From contig JACRKZ010000097.1 of assembly GCA_016235455.1 (NCBI GenBank), positions 1-28,707 on the forward strand: DNA of 28,707 nt, in the 5' to 3' direction. Within the stretch, counting starts at the first letter, position 1. Every line of letters starts with the position of its first letter. A program made the position numbers and the translations under genes. This document shows, piece after piece, positions 8,744 to 16,835 of the stretch. This DNA is from Armatimonadota bacterium (lineage in GTDB: Bacteria; Armatimonadota; UBA10988). The notes under the pieces are model-generated. The model did not search any database. It saw nothing but the letters and a program-made list of their open reading frames with translations, and was not told the origin of the DNA.

Positions 8744-9952
8744 ATGAGTCGAACCGAGCCAGGCCCGGCGGCGCCGCCGGATCTGGCCGATGCGCATGTC
8801 GACGCCGACCGCTCCATAGCGGCCGATGCCGCACGTCCCATGGTTCCCCGCCGCGAACTGCTGCTCGAGGAGAGCACGCAGAACGAGCAGACCATCTCGC
8901 TGTGGCGGCTCGCCGCCTGCCTCATGGTGGCCGCCCAGGCCGCGGCACGCGCCTCGTTCCGAACCGATCTGCCCGATCCCACCGAGTGGGCGCAGTTGAC
9001 CTGCATGTTCGCCGCGGTGCTGTATGCGGCGGCGCTGTTCGTGGCCTTCAGTCGGCGCAGCCAGGCCACCTGGCTCAGCTATGTCAGCGTGGGCATGGAT
9101 GTCACGCTGATCTCCTGCTGGCTGCTGTCGATGGTCTTCACGGGCGACACCCTGGCCGCCGCCAACAGCCATGTGGCCCTGCCGTTATATCTGCTGGCGC
9201 TCGCGCTCTCGGGCTTGCGCTACAACCCGCGCGTCACCGTGTTCTGTGCCTTCCTGGCCGCGGCGGAATATGCGCTGATCATCATGACCATGGTCACGCT
9301 GGGCGATGCGCTCAACCTGTCCAACCCGCGTATCACCGACCAGTTGGTGAACTACGGGCAGTTCGACCTGCTGGACCAGTTCACGCGGTTGCTGCTGCTC
9401 GTCGCGGGTGGCGTGGTGGCCACTTTCGGCGTGCGCCGGGCGCGCGAACTGCGCACCGCGGCCATCGTCGACGCACTGACCCAGGTGTACAACCGTGGCT
9501 TCCTCGATGAGCGGCTGCACAACGAGATGAGCCGCGCCGAGCGCTACGACCGCGAGATTTCGGTGCTGCTGATGGATGTCGATCTGTTCAAGCAGTACAA
9601 CGACCGCCGCGGCCACCAGGCCGGCGATCAGGTACTGCGCGAGCTGGCCGACATCCTGCGCTACGGGTTGCGCGGCACGGACACCGTAGCCCGCTATGGC
9701 GGCGAGGAGTTCGTCTGCCTGCTGCCCGAGACCGGCAAGGAGGAGGCCATGCGCCTGGCCGACCGGCTCCGCGAGCAGGTCGCCGAGCATGCCTTCCTGC
9801 ACGGCCATGAGCAACCCACCGGCGCGGTGACCATCAGCATCGGTGTCGGTACTTACCCCGGCGATGCGGGTGACGTCGAGTCGCTCGTGCGCCATGCTGA
9901 CCAAGCCCTGTATCGCGCCAAGGCCGCCGGCCGCAACCGCGTCGAGGGCTGA
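8744..9952 (+). CDS. Membrane-bound diguanylate cyclase (GGDEF)
   Basis: Several N-terminal TM helices; DALTQVYNRG, DVDLFKQYND, GHQAGDQVL, I-site RGTD and intact GGEEF. Alternative in-frame GTG start at 8654. Confidence 0.92.
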   Translation: MSRTEPGPAAPPDLADAHVDADRSIAADAARPMVPRRELLLEESTQNEQTISLWRLAACLMVAAQAAARASFRTDLPDPTEWAQLTCMFAAVLYAAALFVAFSRRSQATWLSYVSVGMDVTLISCWLLSMVFTGDTLAAANSHVALPLYLLALALSGLRYNPRVTVFCAFLAAAEYALIIMTMVTLGDALNLSNPRITDQLVNYGQFDLLDQFTRLLLLVAGGVVATFGVRRARELRTAAIVDALTQVYNRGFLDERLHNEMSRAERYDREISVLLMDVDLFKQYNDRRGHQAGDQVLRELADILRYGLRGTDTVARYGGEEFVCLLPETGKEEAMRLADRLREQVAEHAFLHGHEQPTGAVTISIGVGTYPGDAGDVESLVRHADQALYRAKAAGRNRVEG

Positions 9953-10025
9953 CCGGGCCGTCGCGGCCCAACCTGTCGGGGCGCACCTGTGCGCCCTTGG
10001 CCGCACAGACCAAGGAGATGAGACG

Positions 10026-10778
10026 ATGGATCGAATCGGGCGTGTGCTGACCGTCGCCGGCGCGGCGGGCATGATGGTGTGGATGACCAGTTGCTCGAAA
10101 CCAGCAGCGCCCGAGGGCGCTACGCCGACCGGGGCGCCTGGTGCCGCGGGCAAGCCCCTGGCCGGCGGCGAAGCCGCCAAGCCGGGCGCCGACGCCGCCA
10201 AGCCGGCCGTCGATGCCTCGGCCAGCCCGGAGTTGGCGGCGCTCAAGGAGAAGGTGGCCGCACTCAAGAGCTACCACATGACCATGAAGATGGACGGCAA
10301 GGAGATGTCGATCAGGGCCAAGCTGGCCGGCGGCAAGCCCCAGAAGATGCGCATCGACAACTCCGAGATGCCCGGCTACATGGTCTATGACCTGAGCACC
10401 AAGACCATCTACATGGTCAATGACAAGAGCAAGGAAGCCATGAAGATGACGATCGGTCCTGACCAGACCGAGCAGATGCCCGACAATGTGGGTGACAGCA
10501 TCGACATGGTCATCGAGCAGAAGCCCAAGCTCAGTTCCGAGAAGATCGATGGCGTGGACTGCTGGAAGGCAGTGACCACCAAGGACAAAGTCGAATCGAC
10601 GGCGTGGTTTGGCAAGGACACCGGCCTGCCCATGCAGGTCAAGCAGGGCGACAAGACCATCAAGATGGCCTACACCGAGATCAACAAGGTCGCGGACAAA
10701 GACTTCGAATTGCCCAAGGACCTGACGATCAAGGACATGGGCGACATGTCGAAAAACATGCCTGGCAAGGCCAAGTAG
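10026..10778 (+). CDS. Lipoprotein with putative LolA/RseB-like fold, paralog 1 (Met/Lys-rich)
   Basis: AAGGAG RBS; lipobox-like WMTSC; Ala/Pro linker; LKSYHMT, EKIDGVDCWK, AWFGKDTGLP and YTEINKVADKDFELP. Confidence 0.75.
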   Translation: MDRIGRVLTVAGAAGMMVWMTSCSKPAAPEGATPTGAPGAAGKPLAGGEAAKPGADAAKPAVDASASPELAALKEKVAALKSYHMTMKMDGKEMSIRAKLAGGKPQKMRIDNSEMPGYMVYDLSTKTIYMVNDKSKEAMKMTIGPDQTEQMPDNVGDSIDMVIEQKPKLSSEKIDGVDCWKAVTTKDKVESTAWFGKDTGLPMQVKQGDKTIKMAYTEINKVADKDFELPKDLTIKDMGDMSKNMPGKAK

Positions 10779-10794
10779 CCGCCGCATAGAGCGC

Positions 10795-10903
10795 AGCCCC
10801 GGGTGCCACCCTGGGCTAGGCCCGGATGTACAGAACTGCTCTCGGCGACCGCCTGGCCGCCGGGAGCAGTTCTGTTTCCGGGAAGCCCCTCTGGGCCTAG
10901 CTC
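10795..10903. repeat. Nested inverted-repeat (REP-like or terminator-like) intergenic element
   Basis: Hairpin AGCCCCGGGT-GCC-ACCCTGGGCT at 10795-10817. Long hairpin ACAGAACTGCTCTCGGCG...CGCCGGGAGCAGTTCTGT at 10830-10875. Outer pairing of 10813-10826 with 10890-10903. Confidence 0.7.
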
Positions 10904-10922
10904 GGCATCAGGAGACACCGCG

Positions 10923-11756
10923 ATGCGCCACCTGCGTAGGCTCGCCGGCCTGGCCGGCCTGCCGTTGACCATATCCCTGTGCGCCTGCTCGCAATCCGAT
11001 CAGCACATCCGGCTCTCGTACGCCGCGGACCTCACCCAAGGCGCCGCCACGCCCGGCGGTCGGCCGTTGGCCGCGGCGCTGCCCGCGGTGCCGCCGATCA
11101 GCGTGCCGCCAGAGCCCGCGGCGCCGCGCCAGCCGGCGGCCGAAGTTGCGCGCCGCGTGGCCGCCATCCGCGCCCGCGCCCGGCAGGTTCACAGCTACCA
11201 GGTGACCCAGGCCAGCGGCGGCACACAGATGACCGCCTGGCTGACCGTGGTCGAGGGCCGGGCCACGCACCTCAAGACGCGCGCCGACCCCAATGCGTGG
11301 ATGCTCTACGACCCCGCGGCCCAGTCCGTGTACAGCGTGGTCGATAAGCCCGCGCAGGTCTTCGCCCGCAACGTGGGCAACCGCTTCAGGATGCCGCTCA
11401 CGATGGCGGCGACGGTGGAGCCACTGCTCGACGCCGCTACCTCCGTGACGGACGACACGGTGTTCGACACCGCCTGCGACAAGGTTGCCGTGGATGACAA
11501 CCCACAGACCCGCATCACGGTCTGGCTGGACAAGGATCATGGCCTGCCGCGACGGCTGGAGGCGGGCGAGGTGATGGTGTCCATGACCTATGCGGAGATC
11601 AACGCCGTGCCCGATGACGCCTTCGAGCTGCCCCGTGGTGTCGCCATCACCGACACCACGGGTCTGAGCGGCTTCGGCAGCGGGCCGATGCCGTTCAGCG
11701 GGCCAGCACCGGGCAGCGGCAGCTACATGCCGCCGCCGCCGCGGCCGCCGCGCTGA
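10923..11756 (+). CDS. Lipoprotein with putative LolA/RseB-like fold, paralog 2
   Basis: AGGAG RBS; lipobox LCAC; VHSYQVT, DTVFDTACDKV, VWLDKDHGLP and YAEINAVPDDAFELPRGV; Pro-rich tail. Confidence 0.75.
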   Translation: MRHLRRLAGLAGLPLTISLCACSQSDQHIRLSYAADLTQGAATPGGRPLAAALPAVPPISVPPEPAAPRQPAAEVARRVAAIRARARQVHSYQVTQASGGTQMTAWLTVVEGRATHLKTRADPNAWMLYDPAAQSVYSVVDKPAQVFARNVGNRFRMPLTMAATVEPLLDAATSVTDDTVFDTACDKVAVDDNPQTRITVWLDKDHGLPRRLEAGEVMVSMTYAEINAVPDDAFELPRGVAITDTTGLSGFGSGPMPFSGPAPGSGSYMPPPPRPPR

Positions 11757-11837
11757 CAAGCGCCCATGTCGGCAGCGCCGACTCGTGCCACGCTCCCAAC
11801 CAGTGGCCTGGCACTGCGCCGCCACGAAAGGATAGCT

Positions 11838-12605
11838 ATGGCACGCATGAGGCAATGGGGAGCTGGCGCGGCCAGCGTGGTGGCCGTACTGACACTGGTG
11901 TCGTGCTCGCGGCCGCAGCCGCCCAAACCGCCGGCCGCACCGCCCAAGGCGGCCAAGCCGCTGCCCGAGCCCTCGACTGCCGCCGCGGAGGCGCTCGCCG
12001 CGCTGCGCGCCGCCGCCAAGCCCGTGAGCAGCTACCAGATGACCATGAACTCGGCCGGGGCGGAGATCACGGTCTGGGCCAGCCTCAAGGACGGCCAGAC
12101 CACGCGATACAAGGTGCGCACCGATCCGGCCAGCTACATGCTGCATGACCTGCCCGCCAAGTCGGTCTACACGGTGACCGACAAGCCCAAGCGCGCCGTG
12201 CAGAAGCACATGGCAGCCGACGCCAAGATGCCGCCGACCCCGGTCGAGACGATGGTGCGGCTGGCCAGCGGCGCCAGCGCGATCAGCGACGAGACCGTCG
12301 ACGGCGTCGCCTGCGCCAAAGTCACCGCCTCGCACTCGGGCAAGGCCGAGATCATCGTCTGGCTCGACAAACAGTACGCTCTGCCGCGGCAGATGCAGTC
12401 GGGCGGCGTGACGGTCAAGCTGGTCTACCAGCACATCAACGAGGTGCCCGACGACGAGTTCAAGCTGCCCGAGGGCGTGCCGGTGGTGGACGGCGGCAAC
12501 ATCGCCGCGCCGGTCCATGGCACGGGGATGCCCAAGGCCGGCGCCAAGTCGCCGCCGATGCCGGAGATGCCGGCGGGGCATCCCGCCCCGGGCACCGGCA
12601 AGTAG
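11838..12605 (+). CDS. Lipoprotein with putative LolA/RseB-like fold, paralog 3
   Basis: AAGGA RBS; lipobox LVSC; VSSYQMT, ETVDGVACAKV, VWLDKQYALP and YQHINEVPDDEFKLPEGV. Confidence 0.75.
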   Translation: MARMRQWGAGAASVVAVLTLVSCSRPQPPKPPAAPPKAAKPLPEPSTAAAEALAALRAAAKPVSSYQMTMNSAGAEITVWASLKDGQTTRYKVRTDPASYMLHDLPAKSVYTVTDKPKRAVQKHMAADAKMPPTPVETMVRLASGASAISDETVDGVACAKVTASHSGKAEIIVWLDKQYALPRQMQSGGVTVKLVYQHINEVPDDEFKLPEGVPVVDGGNIAAPVHGTGMPKAGAKSPPMPEMPAGHPAPGTGK

Positions 12606-12683
12606 GCGACGAGGCAGGCCAGCAGGCCGGCGCGTCGAATGCCCCTCCGGGCGCTCGGGCAACCGGGCGTCTGGAGGGGCACC

Positions 12684-13574
12684 ATGGCCAAGGGGATGCG
12701 CGCGGCAGTCGGCGCGATCGGCCTGACGGCGGTCTTGTGGCTGGGCGGCTGCGTGCTGCCCGACGAGCGCGGCGACGAAGCCGCGCCGACCGAGGATACG
12801 GGCGGACTCAAGCCGTTGAGCCATGGCTCGCCCGACGAGATCCGAGCCCTGGCCCGCCGGGTCACCAGCTTCCAGGTCACCACCCCCTACCGCGAGGGCG
12901 AGCTCGTCGCCTCCACCGCCGACCAAGGCCATCCGGTCACTGCTCAGTTCCTGCTGTCCGACGGCGAGGTCCTCAAGTCCAGGTGGCCAAGCCGCTCAGG
13001 CGGCTGGCGCTTGTGCGATGCGACGACCAAGACCGCGTACAGCTATCTGCCTGAGCGCGGGTATGTGACGCGGGGCAAGCTGACCTCGCGCGCCGACAGC
13101 CCATACCTGCGCGACATCGATAACATGCTCAGCCAGCCGGCGGAGATCAGCTTCGACACGGTGGACGGCGGGTCGTGCTACAAGGTCTGGCAGAAGGGCC
13201 GGGCCACCGCGGGCGCGTTCACCCTCTGGTTCGACTGCACCTACGGCCTGCCGCGGCAGACCCAGCGCCGGGGCAGAGCCGAGAAGCTGGTCTACGACCG
13301 CATCAACGCCATCCCACCCAGTGAGTTCGAGCCGCCGGCCGGCGTCGCCATCTACGATGAGAACGCGCAGCCGCCGCGCGGCACCGACCGGTCCAAGCCG
13401 CTGTCGCCGACCCCGGCGCCGACGCTTCCGCCGCCGACCAACCAGCCGCTCGGGCGCCAGACCGGCCCAGCACCGCTGCCCGCATCGCCACAGCAGCCCG
13501 GCGGCCGGCAGCCGCTGCCCAGCCCAGACGAAGCCAACCAGCCCACCGGCGCCGCCGCCGGCATGAGAAGGTAG
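12684..13574 (+). CDS. Lipoprotein with putative LolA/RseB-like fold, paralog 4
   Basis: GGAGG RBS; lipobox LGGC; VTSFQVT, DTVDGGSCYKV, LWFDCTYGLP and YDRINAIPPSEFEPPAGV; long Pro-rich tail. Confidence 0.75.
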   Translation: MAKGMRAAVGAIGLTAVLWLGGCVLPDERGDEAAPTEDTGGLKPLSHGSPDEIRALARRVTSFQVTTPYREGELVASTADQGHPVTAQFLLSDGEVLKSRWPSRSGGWRLCDATTKTAYSYLPERGYVTRGKLTSRADSPYLRDIDNMLSQPAEISFDTVDGGSCYKVWQKGRATAGAFTLWFDCTYGLPRQTQRRGRAEKLVYDRINAIPPSEFEPPAGVAIYDENAQPPRGTDRSKPLSPTPAPTLPPPTNQPLGRQTGPAPLPASPQQPGGRQPLPSPDEANQPTGAAAGMRR

Positions 13575-15308
13575 ATGAAACCCATTCTGGTCGCCATGGC
13601 CCTGGGCCTGGCACTCGGAGGAAACACCATGGCCGCACCTGCTGTCGCCACGCCTGTGGCGCTCGCCACGCCTGTGGCGCTCGCCACGCCTGTGGCGCTG
13701 CCACATGTCACGCACCTGCCCGGCCCCATCACCGACTACGATCTGATCACCTCGGACGGGCGGTGGGGTCACGAGTACCTGCTGCACCAGCAGCCGCTCG
13801 ACGCCGACGGCTGGCGGCATGTCCACACGCTGGGCCGCAGCGGCAACCTGGTCAAGCCGTTCGTTATCGTGCGCCATCGTGTCACGGGCCGTGGCGTGGC
13901 GCTGCTCATGGCTTACAGCGGCAACTGGGCGGTGGAGGTGTCGACCGCGGGCGACCAGGTGAACGTGCTGGTGCGCTGCTCACCGGCCAACGCCAGGACC
14001 ATCACCACGTTGGGCGATCTGCCCGTGCCGGGCGCGCTGGTCAGCGAGTTCACCGGCGACCTGGACGACGCCACGCTGCCCATCCGCCGCTACCTCCGCG
14101 CGCGGCTGCGGCGCGACATGGGGCCTGACTGGCCGCCGGTGCAGTACAACGACTGGTACTACCACAGCGGCAACATGACGCCCGACAGCCTGCTGCGCTG
14201 CGCACGCGCGGCGGCCGAGGTGGGCTGCGAGCTGTTCATGGTCGATGCCGGCTGGTATGGCTCGCGGCCCGACTGGAACTTCCTGGGCGAGTGGACCGTG
14301 AACACCGCGCGGTTCCCCGATGGCTTCGGTGTCGTGGCCGACGGCGCGCGGGCGCTGGGCCTCAAGTTCGGCATGTGGGTGGAGATCGAGAGTGTCCACC
14401 CCGAGGCGCCGGTCATCGTGGCCCATCCTGACTGGGCCTTGCCCAACATGGCGCCCGGCGGCCGACTGGTGCTCAATCTCGGTCTCCCAGCAGCGCGGGC
14501 GCATGTGCAGGCCACGCTCGACCGGCTCATCACCGAGTTCCGGCTCGACTACATCAAGATGGACTTCAATACCGACTGCTCGCTGGGCAGTGACAAGTAC
14601 ACCGACGGCAACGATCCGCTGCTGGGCCACTGCGCCGGCCTCGCGGCCATCTGGCGGCATCTGCGCGAGACCTACCCCAAGCTGATCGTCGAGAACTGTG
14701 CCAGCGGCTCGCTGCGCCAGGATGCCATGACCGCCGGGCTGACCGACACGCACTGGATCTCCGACGAGGTGTCCAACCACCTGAACCTGGCGCTCAACTA
14801 CGGCGCGACGCTGTGGTTCCCCGCCGAGGTGGGCAGCCACTGGACGATAGCGCCCGAGGATCCTGCCCACGCCGACGAGTTCGACCTGGCCGCGCGGTTC
14901 AGGGAGAACTTCACCGGGCACTTTGGCCTGTCAGGCGATATCGCCGGCTGGCGGCCCGAGACGCGTGCGCTGCTGACCCGCGAGATCGCCTGGTACAAGC
15001 AGTTCCGCGGCCACCTGTGCCGGTCGGACGTCTATCACCTGACCCCGCCGCCGAGCTACGAGCAACCGGCGCCGCCCACGGCGCTGCAGTACCACGACCC
15101 GGCCACGGGCCGGGCGGTGGTGCTCGCCTTCCGCGGCGCTGGGCCGGACAAGCTGATCATCCACCCGCGCGCGCTCACGCCCGACCGCGTCTACACGGTC
15201 GGCGGCACCGCACCCCAGCAGACGCGCACGGGTCGGGAGCTGGCCGAGCAGGGCCTGACCGTCTCGTGGACCAGACCGGGCGAGTCGGCGATCATCGATC
15301 TGTCATAG
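13575..15308 (+). CDS. Secreted GH36-family glycoside hydrolase (alpha-galactosidase-like)
   Basis: Signal peptide; VQYNDW, FMVDAGWY, RFPDG, KFGMWVEIE, YIKMDFN (nucleophile), ENCASGSLR and WISD (acid/base). ATG immediately follows the upstream TAG. Confidence 0.88.
   Translation: MKPILVAMALGLALGGNTMAAPAVATPVALATPVALATPVALPHVTHLPGPITDYDLITSDGRWGHEYLLHQQPLDADGWRHVHTLGRSGNLVKPFVIVRHRVTGRGVALLMAYSGNWAVEVSTAGDQVNVLVRCSPANARTITTLGDLPVPGALVSEFTGDLDDATLPIRRYLRARLRRDMGPDWPPVQYNDWYYHSGNMTPDSLLRCARAAAEVGCELFMVDAGWYGSRPDWNFLGEWTVNTARFPDGFGVVADGARALGLKFGMWVEIESVHPEAPVIVAHPDWALPNMAPGGRLVLNLGLPAARAHVQATLDRLITEFRLDYIKMDFNTDCSLGSDKYTDGNDPLLGHCAGLAAIWRHLRETYPKLIVENCASGSLRQDAMTAGLTDTHWISDEVSNHLNLALNYGATLWFPAEVGSHWTIAPEDPAHADEFDLAARFRENFTGHFGLSGDIAGWRPETRALLTREIAWYKQFRGHLCRSDVYHLTPPPSYEQPAPPTALQYHDPATGRAVVLAFRGAGPDKLIIHPRALTPDRVYTVGGTAPQQTRTGRELAEQGLTVSWTRPGESAIIDLS
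13645..13698 (+). repeat. Perfect 18-bp tandem repeat x3 encoding (ATPVAL)3
   Basis: TCGCCACGCCTGTGGCGC repeated three times in frame just after the GH36 signal peptide. Confidence 0.95.
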
Positions 15309-16835
15309 GTGCAGTTCCGGCCGCAACAACCACACCGCCAGCCCGGCCATCAGCAGCGCCAGCGCCAGCTTGGCGCTGCCCAGATGCGCTTTGGCCCAGG
15401 CCGCCGCGCGGGCCGAGCCGGTGCCGCGCCAGGTGGCGCTGAGCACGACCAGCAGCGGCACCACGAAGCCGACGTTGTAGGCCAGCAGCAAGGGCAGGGC
15501 GCGGGCGCGCAGCGCCGGCTGCTTCAATCCGACCAGCACCGGCAGGTAGACCTGCGAGGTGCAGACCATCTCGATCAGCGTCACGCCCACGCCGGCCACG
15601 CCCGCGCCGACCGCCACGGCGAGCCGGCCGAGACCTGGCCGGGCCATGCCGCGGAGCAGGCCGTGGACGGCCAGCTTCAGCCGCGTGGGCAACTGCGCCT
15701 CGAGCTCCCGCGTCGGCGTGCCGCGACGCAGCGCCAGCACATCGCGCGTCTGCGTCAGCGCACCAGCCAGGGCGACCGCGGCCACGCTCCAGCGCAGCAG
15801 GTCGGCCGCCAGCCGGCGACTGCCCAGCAGGTCGAGCGCCGAGATGAGCCCCAGGCCCAGGAGCGTGTAGGTGACGAACACGGCCAGGGCATACGTGCCG
15901 CCGGCCAGCAGCAGCGTGCGCCGGTCGCCACCCAGGCGGGTCAGCAGTGCCAGCAGGAAGACGGCGGTGGCAAAGGCGCAGGGGTTGAGCCCGTCCAGGG
16001 CGCCCAGCCCGAGCATCGACAGCAACGAGCCTGCGCCGAGCCGCGGCAGCCCCGTCTCGTCGGCGCCGCCGGCCAACTCCAGCGCCACGCGCGCCGGCGC
16101 ACGGCTGGGTTGCCGCAGTTCCGCCAACAGCAGGCCCGGCAGCTCGGCGTCGATGGCCTCGCCGTGCAGCGCGTGGCGGCCGACGAAGGCGTAGGTGTTG
16201 GCCTCGGCGGTCAGGCCATAGCCGCGCCGGAGCCGTCTGGCCCGCGCGAACTCCGCCGGATTGAGCAGGTCACCCAGATGCCACTTGACGGCCTCGCCGG
16301 CGCTCTGGCGCAGCGGCGTGACGACAGTGTCCATGAAGCGGTTGCAGGCGCCGCAGCCGCTGTTCCAGAAGACCTCGACATGCACCGGCGGCTGGCCCGG
16401 CCGGGCGACGCGGTTGCCAGGCCGGAGCGCCTGGGGCACCGGGCTGGCCTCGGCGGCGCTGACCACGCGGCCGGCCACGGGCAGTCGCAGCTGCGGCTGC
16501 GCGGGCGAGTCCAGGTCGAGCCGCACCTCGGCGGCGAGCGTGAGCGGCACCTTGGCGGGCTCGACCGCGCGGACCATGACCCGCAACGTCACGGGCTGGC
16601 CCGGTAGCAGCGTGGTGCGCGCCAGGCCGGGCACCAGCGCCGCATCGGCGGTCACCTGCAGCACCCGCACCGCCTGCCGGCCGCGGTTGGTCACGGCGAA
16701 CGCGCGCGCGATGGTCTGGCCGGCGGCCAGCGGTGGATCGAGGTCCCAGCGCGGTGGGTCGATGACCACCTCGGCGCGCGCACAGCCCAAAGCCAGCACC
16801 GCGCCGAGGATGATGCCCAGCCAGCGCCCGCTCAT
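15303..16835 (-). CDS. Ig-like (DUF1573-like) + CxxC thioredoxin-like + CcdA/DsbD-like membrane domain fusion
   Basis: Signal peptide; FAVTNRGRQAVRV; VFWNSGCGAC; TM domain with DGLNPCAF, IEMVCTSQVYLP and LAYNVGFVVPL. ATGA overlap with the RND stop. Confidence 0.75.
   Translation of the reverse strand: MSGRWLGIILGAVLALGCARAEVVIDPPRWDLDPPLAAGQTIARAFAVTNRGRQAVRVLQVTADAALVPGLARTTLLPGQPVTLRVMVRAVEPAKVPLTLAAEVRLDLDSPAQPQLRLPVAGRVVSAAEASPVPQALRPGNRVARPGQPPVHVEVFWNSGCGACNRFMDTVVTPLRQSAGEAVKWHLGDLLNPAEFARARRLRRGYGLTAEANTYAFVGRHALHGEAIDAELPGLLLAELRQPSRAPARVALELAGGADETGLPRLGAGSLLSMLGLGALDGLNPCAFATAVFLLALLTRLGGDRRTLLLAGGTYALAVFVTYTLLGLGLISALDLLGSRRLAADLLRWSVAAVALAGALTQTRDVLALRRGTPTRELEAQLPTRLKLAVHGLLRGMARPGLGRLAVAVGAGVAGVGVTLIEMVCTSQVYLPVLVGLKQPALRARALPLLLAYNVGFVVPLLVVLSATWRGTGSARAAAWAKAHLGSAKLALALLMAGLAVWLLRPELHL

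Noticed and set aside
13645-13698. Possible CRISPR array
   Set aside because: The repeats are contiguous with no spacers, in frame within a CDS, and no cas genes are present.
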